Shown here in pieces: positions 10,301-17,525 of a DNA stretch of 64,000 bases. A program made the position numbers and the translations under genes. The notes under the pieces are model-generated. The model had not been told where the DNA came from. It searched no databases and saw only the letters and a list, made by a program, of their open reading frames with translations. Origin of the DNA: an uncultured bacterium (GTDB lineage Bacteria > Verrucomicrobiota > Verrucomicrobiia > Limisphaerales > UBA8199); contig CAVVMW010000015.1 in assembly GCA_963749495.1 (NCBI GenBank), positions 256,001 to 320,000 of the forward strand, read 5' to 3'. How positions within the stretch are numbered: position 1 is the stretch's first letter; each line of letters starts with the position of its first letter.

Positions 10301-10317
10301 ACGGTTGGCAGGCTCAT
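7303..10317 (-). CDS. DUF499-family AAA+ ATPase
   Basis: FAADL..V N-terminus, Walker A TSYGGGKTH, Walker B ILLDE, SYPLHPE, FQRVRGMLRLL, Pro-rich linker; 1004 aa. Confidence 0.9.
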   Translation of the reverse strand: MSLPTVFDTCEPRGDVHTGTIADADFAADLAKVIRGIASDDYQKPDRFFANTFPTQGLQNLLRNVMGRLTGDSAAVAAIFRLDTSYGGGKTHGLIALTHAANGMKGVADVAEFLDPKLVPTGKIRIAAFDGENADPANGRSMGDGILAHTPWGELAYTLAGKAGYDRLRKSDETHTAPGAETLAELFGGEPSLILLDELSVYLRKARNLHGTAAGEQLSAFLTSLFKAVESNPRVALVYTLAIGKEGKASDAYSTENQFIADKMAEAESISARKATLLNPTEDYETVQVLLRRLFARIDKGKATPAIEAYRSLWLANKEVLPPDSNRPETSEAFRASYPLHPEVLETLTTKTATLANFQRVRGMLRLLARTIAQLSATRPAGATAIHLHHVDLGFEPIRQEIFTKLGRTEFIPAVNHDIIGGMKKPLAVDIDKKNYAGLAPYATYTARTVFLHSLAFNDQLKGLSPERLRFSVLGPAFDISFIDAAWKRFRDESAYLDDRPGVPLRFLAEANLTQIIRREEGNVDSGQARADLNDRIKTIFGGTSSSVFEMVPFPAGPWDVDDDAGNGRPRLAVMSFDGTAVGATADTVPNLIASIFERKGADGAGLRGLRNHLVFVVADETRINEMRKKIVRRLALKELIKAERIAELAEHQQRKVRELESKSEADAAISIQQCYRHVFYPSRQRMPSSPVDLAHAAVDIDSASERPGSGQQQIVRTLRDNANQKLRLSEDPAESPGYIRDRTPLKKGQISTAALRDEFRKDPALSIHASDSVLIRAVTQGIQQGDYIYRRGELLCGPGDPMASVIIDEQSFVFTMQFAKEKGIWPRPAPAPAQKPSEIQEQPPEPPPTQPPPPPPPGAITAEGVLKGALRELWEKVRNAKFARVNVLSVRLFDATDAFRMLGSVNAEKSCTKQTKLKGGYVTQEGGEMQLEFTGQPSDALPVKDFLVPQLNAARERDVQATFILTFNPGLPLAGDAAEKLTERLAKFASGAAYVTATAEATP

Positions 10318-10432
10318 AGGCTCGCATTGTTCCGAGGACGCATTGTGGAGTTTTTGGCGTTCTGTGGAAGCAAAATGTTTTTCGTCGCTTGGCAGCCGAT
10401 CGCAGCTTAAGCGGCTCGGCTATTCTGTCCGG

Positions 10433-10568
10433 TCACAGGTCAATCGAATCTTCGTTGCGCTGGCGGAAGTAATTGCGGAGGGCGTCGCGCAGGCGGATGC
10501 TCCGGAGGTCGTTGTGGTCCTCCAGGTGCGAGAGGCCCTGGGAATCGGGCTTGATGTCCGTCCGGGGG
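10433..10568 (-). pseudogene. Orphan 3' end of an unidentified gene
   Basis: Coding-like frame ...DIKPDSQGLSHLEDHNDLRSIRLRDALRNYFRQRNEDSIDL*, cut off upstream by the heptamer repeats. Confidence 0.4.
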
Positions 10569-10569
10569 C

Positions 10570-10712
10570 TGAACTCAAAGGCTAAAGGCTAAAGGCTAAA
10601 GGCTAAGACAGCGGAGGCTGCTCAGGGCCGGTGCGGGCGTTGAACTCAAAGGCTAAAGGCTAAAGGCTGAAGGCTAAAGGCTAAGACAGCGGATCCCGCT
10701 TGGGGGCCGGTG
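10570..10712. repeat. Two direct copies of TGAACTC-(AAAGGCT)4-5-AAGACAGCGGA
   Basis: Heptamer arrays at 10577-10604 (4 units) and 10648-10682 (5 units, one GAAGGCT), with shared flanks. Confidence 0.9.
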
Positions 10713-11121
10713 TATTTGGGGTTCGCCTTGGGCACGTGCCAGGAGTCATAAAAAGAGCAGTTCAGCCGCGAAAAGTCGCAAAAGTCGCAGAACATGAAGG
10801 GCTTGCGTGCAACGGGTCTGTCAACCGCCCCCCCGCCGCAAGCACCTTCGGGCACCAGCACGAAAAGCGTGCCAGCCCGGAACTCTGCGCTCCTCCCTCA
10901 GGCCCCAAAGTCCCCTGGCTCGCCACCCGCACCACGTAGGCCGTCTTCCGCATGTATCCCGAATTCAATGCAGCCTTTTTGCCCTCATCATGCCACACCC
11001 GGTGGGACAAATACTGTCCACCCGTCCTCTACTGTGATTGTATCTGTGCGGATGACCCCGCAATGAAAGGCGGCTGCCCCAATGCCGGCCAATCCCCCCG
11101 GGATCGCTGAGCGGCTCTGTC

Positions 11122-11252
11122 TTCCGCGTATTCCGCGTATTCCGCGGTTGCCCTCAGGATTCTGCCTTGGAAATAGGATTGGTTTCCATGGCTGGCGAGG
11201 CTGGCAAGGCTCCGAAGAAGAATGAACCGCGGAATACACGGAACACGCGGAA
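11122..11252. repeat. 28-bp inverted repeat built of 9-mers (TTCCGCGTA)
   Basis: 11122-11149 versus 11225-11252 with 2 mismatches; a related 9-mer tract (AAAAGTCGC)2 lies near 10770. Confidence 0.8.
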
Positions 11253-11264
11253 ATGAACAGGGCC

Positions 11265-11453
11265 AAAGCGCTCGGTTCTACCGAGCTGGAATGGACTTCC
11301 ACCCTGTCAAACAAATATCCCGCGCGCAAGAATCACCCCATTTTACCGAGGTTGTTGGGCCTTGTTGCGGGTCGTGTAGCGGGTCCGGCCTCAAAAATCC
11401 CCCGGTTCCATGCGCCTTGTAGCACTGTTGCGGGTCCATACCCCCTGCGCCCA
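11265..11453 (-). repeat. Dispersed ~190-bp element, intron-free copy
   Basis: Its reverse complement aligns to 62824-62920 plus 63721-63819. It contains CCGC[AT]AC motifs and a terminal hairpin GCTCGGT-AGA-ACCGAGC. Confidence 0.85.
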
Positions 11454-11508
11454 TAAGAAGGCGCTTCACTCTCTCTTGGCCTCGTGCCAGAATCGCAGCG
11501 ATGCACTG

Positions 11509-14109
11509 ATGATGAAGTTCCGAAGCTTATGTCGCATCCGTTGTCGTGCGAGCGTGGGCCGCGCCGCAACCCAATTGCTGGGTGGTTTTATCAGCCTGGC
11601 CTCGTTGGCTGGTCTGCCTCGGCCGGCGGGAGAGGCGATGCCACCCCGAGCAATCGAGCGGATCCTGGTTGCCCACGACACTTGTCCCGACGTGACCTGG
11701 GGCTGGACTGAAGAACAGACACGCCAGGCCTTTGCCGACCTGGTGCGTTCCCATCTGGACGAGATGCAGCGCACGGACGCTGGCCCGCAGGAAAGCCGGG
11801 ATCATTTCAATATGGCCACGACACAGGAGGCGCTCGATTTCATGGCCCGCTACCCGGCGCGCAAGGCGGAGTTGATACGGCGCATCCGGGAAGGGCGGAT
11901 CTGTGTGAGCCCGTTCCTCTGCAATTCCCTATGGGGCTTCCAGAGCGTGGAAGGGGCGCTGCGGACGCTGTATCCCGCCCGCCGGTTGGAGCGCGAGTGG
12001 AACATCCGCCTGGATGTGGCCGAGCACATCGAACTGCCCTCGCTGCCTTGGGGCATGGCCTCATTGCTCGCCGGCTGCGGGGTGCGCTGGGTCTCGAACC
12101 CGTTCCTGGATTATGACTGCACCTTCAAGGGGCTGAGGAATCCACCCCTCTTCCGCTGGGCAGGTCCGGATGGCAGCGAAGTGCGGGTGCGCCTGGACGC
12201 CTGGGCCAGCGAGCGCGCGAACTACGCCCAGGGCGCGCTTTTGCTCCGGGAACCCGCCCGGATCGCGAACGAATGGTTGCCGCATTACCGGCAGCTCGGC
12301 GCCGCTTACCCGCTCTCTACCATCCTGGCCAGCGGCACGCATTCGGACGTCTCACCCGAAAGCTGGAAACAGACTGGCGGCTTCTCCGAGGCCCTACAGC
12401 GATACAACGCCGCCGCAACCAACCCGGTGCGGTTGGTCAATGGCACCCTGGCCCAGTTCTGTGCCGAGGTGGATTCGGCGGAAGCCGGCGCACCGTTCCT
12501 GCCGGTATTGCGCGGCTGTTTTGGCCATTCGTGGGAGCTCTGGCCGGTGAGCCTCGCCCGGACCGTGGCGGAACTGCGGACGCAAGAACGTTCCTATCTC
12601 GCCGCGGAGTCGCTCATTGCCCTGGCAGCCCTCGAGCACCCTGAGTTGGCGGCTGCAACCCGCACCAATCGTGAGCAGGCCGAATGGTTCTGGGCGATGC
12701 TCTCGGACCATGCCTGGAACGGCGCCAATCCGAAGAACAAACGGCACAATGCGGCCTTGCGCCGACGTTGGGCAGAGGAATTGGGCGGCATCAGCCGCGA
12801 TCTGATGCAGCAGGCCTGGAAGGACCTTGAGCTCCAAGAGGATGAGCGTTTCATCACCGTGTTCAACCCTTTGAGCTTCACCAACGACGTGCTCGTGGTG
12901 TCTGACGCGCCCCCTGAGGCCCAAGGCATTGCGAGCTCCGGCCAGACCATCCCGGCGCAATTCGACGAAGGTGCGAACGGCCGCCAGGTGAGCTTTGTGG
13001 CCAAAGGCATCCCTCCGTTCGGATTCCGTGAGTTTGGCTTCACCCCCAAGAAGCCCGCGCCGAAACCTGCTCCTTTCAAAGCCGGCGCCGCAGAGCTTGA
13101 GGGCTCGTTCTACAAGCTCGGCGTGGCCGGCGATGGTTCGGGCATCGCCAGCCTGATTCACAAGGGCACAAGCCAGGAATTGGTCAATTCGACTGAACCG
13201 CGCCTCCTCGGCCAGGCGGTGTTCTACGACGGCGCCGAGCACAAGCTCGAACGGAGTTCCATCACAGGGGTGGCCTCTGGACTCGTCTTCGCGACTCTGC
13301 GGATCACTGGCGATCTGGGGCCTATCCGCGTCACCAACGACATCACCCTTTATGCCGAACTTGACCGGGTCGATCTCGATGTGCGCCTTGAAAAGCCTCC
13401 AAGCACCAACGAGCAACGGTTGCTCCACTTCTTCCCGTTCGGGGGCGGGCCCCGGGACTATCATATCGAGACAACCGGCGCAGTCATTCGCCCGGCGCCT
13501 CAGCCCGAGGGGGATTTGTTGCCGGGCGCCGACACTCGGCGGTTCGCCGTGCAGGGGTTCCTGGATATCTCGCCCGCCGATGCACGAGCCGGCCTGACCG
13601 TCTCATCCATTGAGGCCTTCATGCTGCGGCTGGACCAGGGTGCCCCCGCCTTCGAGCCTCTGGGCAACGATCAGAACTGGAAAGAGGTCACTCAGGACCA
13701 GGATGGGGTAAGACAGTTCCGTTTCCGCTACAGCCTGCGCGGGCACGGCCCCGGCTACAACAACGCTGCGGCGATGGCTTGGAGCCGATCCGTTCAAATG
13801 CCAGCGGTGCTTGCCAAGGGCCGCCTGCCAGGGCGCCGGCTGAATCGTCCTTTGCTTTATATCGATCCAGAGCGCGCGGTGGTGACCTGCTTCAAGCCCG
13901 TGGACGATCCGCAAGGCGCCGGGCTGCTGGTGCGGGTGTGGGAGACCGCCGGCTTCTCGGCTCCTATGCGGCTCGCAATGCCCCAGGCGCGCCGGGCGAT
14001 GCTCACGGACCTCCTGGAGCGGCCCCAAGGCCCGTTTCAGCCGGTGAAGGGCGGCATGGACCTGTCCCCACGGCCGCACGGCTTCATCGCGATTCAATGG
14101 GAGCGCTGA
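11509..14109 (+). CDS. GH38-like (alpha-mannosidase-like) glycoside hydrolase
   Basis: HDTCPDVTW metal-site-like motif, LFRWAGPDGSEV, VFNPLS and a C-terminal VRVWET..LLER module; start uncertain. Confidence 0.75.
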   Translation: MMKFRSLCRIRCRASVGRAATQLLGGFISLASLAGLPRPAGEAMPPRAIERILVAHDTCPDVTWGWTEEQTRQAFADLVRSHLDEMQRTDAGPQESRDHFNMATTQEALDFMARYPARKAELIRRIREGRICVSPFLCNSLWGFQSVEGALRTLYPARRLEREWNIRLDVAEHIELPSLPWGMASLLAGCGVRWVSNPFLDYDCTFKGLRNPPLFRWAGPDGSEVRVRLDAWASERANYAQGALLLREPARIANEWLPHYRQLGAAYPLSTILASGTHSDVSPESWKQTGGFSEALQRYNAAATNPVRLVNGTLAQFCAEVDSAEAGAPFLPVLRGCFGHSWELWPVSLARTVAELRTQERSYLAAESLIALAALEHPELAAATRTNREQAEWFWAMLSDHAWNGANPKNKRHNAALRRRWAEELGGISRDLMQQAWKDLELQEDERFITVFNPLSFTNDVLVVSDAPPEAQGIASSGQTIPAQFDEGANGRQVSFVAKGIPPFGFREFGFTPKKPAPKPAPFKAGAAELEGSFYKLGVAGDGSGIASLIHKGTSQELVNSTEPRLLGQAVFYDGAEHKLERSSITGVASGLVFATLRITGDLGPIRVTNDITLYAELDRVDLDVRLEKPPSTNEQRLLHFFPFGGGPRDYHIETTGAVIRPAPQPEGDLLPGADTRRFAVQGFLDISPADARAGLTVSSIEAFMLRLDQGAPAFEPLGNDQNWKEVTQDQDGVRQFRFRYSLRGHGPGYNNAAAMAWSRSVQMPAVLAKGRLPGRRLNRPLLYIDPERAVVTCFKPVDDPQGAGLLVRVWETAGFSAPMRLAMPQARRAMLTDLLERPQGPFQPVKGGMDLSPRPHGFIAIQWER

Positions 14110-14114
14110 TGAAG

Positions 14115-15260
14115 AGCATCCTTGTTTGGATGCAAACACCGGAGCCGTCATCTGGTCTCAGGACTTGGTCAAGGAGTTTCAAGGCCGCGTCCCGGTTTAT
14201 GGGTATTGCTGTTCCCCGCTGGTCTATCGCGACCTGCTCATCCTGGAGGCAAACGCTCCCGGAGCATCCTTAATGGCGTTCAACAAGACCAATGGCGAGC
14301 CAGTCTGGAAACTCGCCGGAGGCGATGTCACTTGCGGCTCGCCGATTCTCACAAGAGTCGAGGGGCTGGACTGGGTGGTCTTCTCCGGCGGCGGCTCGAT
14401 TGTCGCCGCCGAGGCCGCGTCGGGGCGGCAACTCTGGCGCCGCGGCACCTGGGGCCACTGCTGGGTCGGCCCGGTGGTCTGGAGCAATCTCGTCTTCATG
14501 GCCAATGCCTCGTTGCCGCGGGGTTGCGGCGTTTTCGAGGTGAGGGACTTCAAACCCCAGGTGCTGTGGGAAGACCGGGCCAGGAAATTCCAGACCCTCC
14601 ACTGCAACGCGGTGATCTGGCAGGGCCACATCTACGGCGTGGACAACACCGGGACCGATTACCAAGGCACCGACTCGAAAAAATCCACGCTCAAGTGCCT
14701 CGACTTGCGGACCGGCGAGGTCAAGTGGGCCAGGGAGAAGGTCGGTTGGGGCAATGTGCTGGTTTGTGACGGCAAGCTCCTGCTCCTGCGCGAGACCGGC
14801 GAGCTCATCGTGGGCCTCGCCTCGCCGGACGCCTGGCATGAACTGGCGCGGGCCCAGGTCCTGCCGGGCCCCACCTGGTCGCCTCCGGCGATTTCCAACG
14901 GACGGTTGTTCTGCCGCAACAGAGCCGGCAGCGTCGTGTGTGTGCAGATTGCCGCGCCCCCAGGCTCGGTTCCGGACGATAGGATCGCGCGCGAGGCGCC
15001 ACCCGCTCAATCTCCGTCTGCCATAACTGCCCGGAACCCTCCCGCGCGTCAGGTGGCCGCAAAGACCGCTGGCTCGCAGACGGACGCAACAACCTCTGCG
15101 TGGAATCCGGACCGGACTAACTCGATAGCCCCTGCTGCTGCCGAGTGGCCCCGTTTTCGAGGTCCAGGCGGGCTCGGGAAATCCGCCGCAACCAACCTTC
15201 CCACGACCTGGGACGGGCGCAGTGGCAGAGGCGTACTCTGGAAGTCCGACGTGCCCGTGG
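14115..15260 (+). pseudogene. PQQ-like beta-propeller (BamB family) protein, truncated at both ends
   Basis: LDANTGAVIWS, CLDLRTGEVKW, WSPPAISNGRLFCR and a second domain start EWPRFRGPGG; homology stops abruptly at about 15260. Confidence 0.7.
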
Positions 15261-15396
15261 CCCGCGCCCGGCTCCATCAGCGGCTCTTCAATCACGGCCT
15301 GGTTCGTCCTTCCCGCCGGAAGTTCGACTTCTGCGACCCTCTGCAATGCGGGGAGCGTGATGGCTCTGGTTCAAAGTTGGATGCGCACCGGTTTGA

Positions 15397-15433
15397 GAAG
15401 GTTTTGGACTGCGGCAGTCCAAAACGCTTCGCG
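15397..15433. repeat. REP-like palindrome GTTTTGGACTGC-G-GCAGTCCAAAAC
   Basis: Perfect 12-bp arms at 15401-15425; same ends as the element at 16838-16929. Confidence 0.8.
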
Positions 15434-15456
15434 GGACGGGAACGCAGTGTCGAGGT

Positions 15457-16287
15457 TCAGGGGCGTTCGCTTGCAACGCGGCGTGGCGGTTCCAAGCCCG
15501 GCGAGTTGGTGTTCACTCCGGTTTTGGCGGCGGCAACCGGGTCTATCGCCAGCAAGGCACGGCCTGCCTGCGAACGCACTAGGCGGTCTGGATCCCTGAG
15601 CAATTCTGTCAACAGCGGGACCGCCGTTACAGCATTCGTTCCCAGACCCTCAAGGCCACGAGCAGCCTCAAGTCGAAACCTCGCGTCCGGGTCGCGCGCG
15701 GTAGCCGTGAACACGGGAAAAGCCCCTTCGGGTCGGACGCCTGAGAGCGCAACCATAGCCCAATACCGCAGCTCGGCATTGGTGCTGGCTGTGAGTTTCA
15801 AAATAGCAGGACCGGCGATCCTCGCTTCCGGGCCGATGTAGCGGAGCGAGAGGAGCGTCGCCCGCCGAGATTCGACCGATGTTTCTTCCTCCAGGATTTT
15901 GACTAGGCCCGGCACAGCATTCGTAGCGGAGCCGCGGAGGAACTCGAATCCCCATGCTCCTCGCATGTGCCATTGGGCGGCGGTGATATGCCCGATCCTG
16001 ACGCCGCACTTTTTTTGGAGGAGGTCAACAAAACGGCCCCACGGGGACTCCTTTGTCCGCAGCATCTTGAGGAGAACCGGGATTGCGTTGGTTCCTGCCG
16101 CCCTCACTGCTAATACTGGCGTGATCCGATCTTCGGGACCGGACGGCCAGTCCAAACCCGGCTGCATCCACCCGCTCAGCCGCTTCCCTTGATAAACCGG
16201 TTCGCGTGTGCGCGTTCCCTCCCATATCGCCAGCCCAAGGGCGACGAGCAGAACGGCAGCAAGCACGATATAAACCCGCTTCCGCAT
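15457..16287 (-). CDS. Membrane-anchored HEAT-repeat protein
   Basis: N-terminal TM segment, EPVYQGKRLSGW and repeated AVP.L..LL.D....VR..A..AL units; paralog at 41650-42390. Confidence 0.85.
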   Translation of the reverse strand: MRKRVYIVLAAVLLVALGLAIWEGTRTREPVYQGKRLSGWMQPGLDWPSGPEDRITPVLAVRAAGTNAIPVLLKMLRTKESPWGRFVDLLQKKCGVRIGHITAAQWHMRGAWGFEFLRGSATNAVPGLVKILEEETSVESRRATLLSLRYIGPEARIAGPAILKLTASTNAELRYWAMVALSGVRPEGAFPVFTATARDPDARFRLEAARGLEGLGTNAVTAVPLLTELLRDPDRLVRSQAGRALLAIDPVAAAKTGVNTNSPGLEPPRRVASERP

Positions 16288-16344
16288 GGCCCGAATGTGC
16301 CGAAACTGTCCGGCCTGGCAACGCCATAATCGCAGAGTGGCGGG

Positions 16345-16628
16345 TGATCCCGGTTATCTGCGCCAGCAGGCGGAGGACATCGCGGACCGGCTCAAGCACC
16401 GCCGCCTGGGAGCGCACACGGTCCAGGTGAAGGTGCGCTACGGCGATTTCACCACGCTCACGCGCCAGATCACCGTGGAAGACCCGCTGACGGAGGCCAA
16501 GGAGATCTACCGGCTGGGATGTTTTCCTGCTGGGCCGGGAGAAGCTGGTGTCACGCCCGCTGCGGTTGCTGGGCCTTGGGGTGGCCAGCTTGCGGGAGCC
16601 AAGCGGGCGGCAACTGGTTTTGCTGTAG
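16345..16628 (+). pseudogene. dinB: DNA polymerase IV little-finger (C-terminal) fragment
   Basis: TVQVKVRYGDFTTLTRQIT, then after a frameshift RPLRLLGLGVASL; no N-terminal catalytic domain. Confidence 0.75.
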
Positions 16629-16629
16629 G

Positions 16630-16800
16630 GCATATTCGACTCGGAGCCGCCGCACCGGCGGTGTCTCCTGGTCCAGGTAGTCCTCGCCTCGGACTTCGGT
16701 GAGTCCGGCCGGCACCAACTCGCCCAATTCGCCCCGCACCAAGGGCCAGGGCATCTGCCCAGGTGGCTCGGACGGCTCGCGGCCCCGGCAAATCACCATG
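16630..16800 (-). pseudogene. C-terminal fragment of a probable class I SAM methyltransferase
   Basis: VICRGREPSEPPGQMPWPLVRGEL...DYLDQETPPVRRLRVEY resembles methyltransferase C-termini. Confidence 0.4.
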
Positions 16801-16837
16801 CCTTGAAACCGAAAGCCGGAAGACCGGGGCCAAGCCC

Positions 16838-16929
16838 GAAGGTTTTGGACTGCGCCAGTCCTCTGGCGCTTTCGTGTCCCTGGGGTCCAAAAAGCGGCAG
16901 AGGACTGCCGCAGTCCAAAACGCTTCGCG
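16838..16929. repeat. REP-like inverted doublet
   Basis: GGTTTTGGACTGCGCCAGTCCTCTGGCGCTTT...AAAGCGGCAGAGGACTGCCGCAGTCCAAAACG; each arm is itself palindromic. Confidence 0.8.
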
Positions 16930-17448
16930 TTGGGCGACGCCCTTCCGGTTGATGGTCCCCATGCCCGATGTCAACATCGTCGAGGCTCTCCACGCTTTCA
17001 GCACGGCGATGGCCTCTTGAGCCGAGGGCAGCGGGACCCGGGCCGGGGCAGCCCTGCGGAGGGCCTTTTGGCTGGCGGCCACGCTGGGGTCAGCGGCGAA
17101 ATAGACGTAATGGCCCTCGTGTTTTTCGCGCTGCAACCCCGGATGTTGATGGAACTGCCAGAGAAAGGAACGATTCGCCGGAAAATCAAAGGGCCGAACT
17201 CACCCCAACCGGCCTTCCCGGCGACACATACTGGGCCAGTTCGCCCTGGAGCTCACCCTAACCAATTGGGCCACAGCCAACTGCGTAATCACGCATTCTC
17301 CAACCGAATTTCGTGATCATAGGCGCGGCGTGTCCAGCCTGGAGTTATATCCAGTTGATCGCCAACAGCTTATGCAATAGTCCGCCCAAGCCGTGGCCCA
17401 ATGGTCACTATTTTGCCCGGCACCCTGCACGATTTCAGCAGAAAACCG

Positions 17449-17477
17449 TTGACACCATTTGGCATTTTTGGGAGACT
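17449..17477 (+). promoter_or_regulatory. Possible sigma70 promoter
   Basis: TTGACA-17 nt-GAGACT about 50 nt upstream of ATG 17526. Confidence 0.4.
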
Positions 17478-17525
17478 CTCCCCGGACCACACAGCAGTTA
17501 ACCAATTCAGGAAGCACTGAGATCT

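Noticed and set aside
10570..11252. Possible CRISPR array
   Set aside because: These are short tandem 7- and 9-mers without unique equal-length spacers, and no cas genes are present.
16985..17310. Minus-strand fragment REKHEGHYVYFAADP, possibly IS-associated
   Set aside because: Too short and frameshifted; no transposase motif or terminal repeats found.
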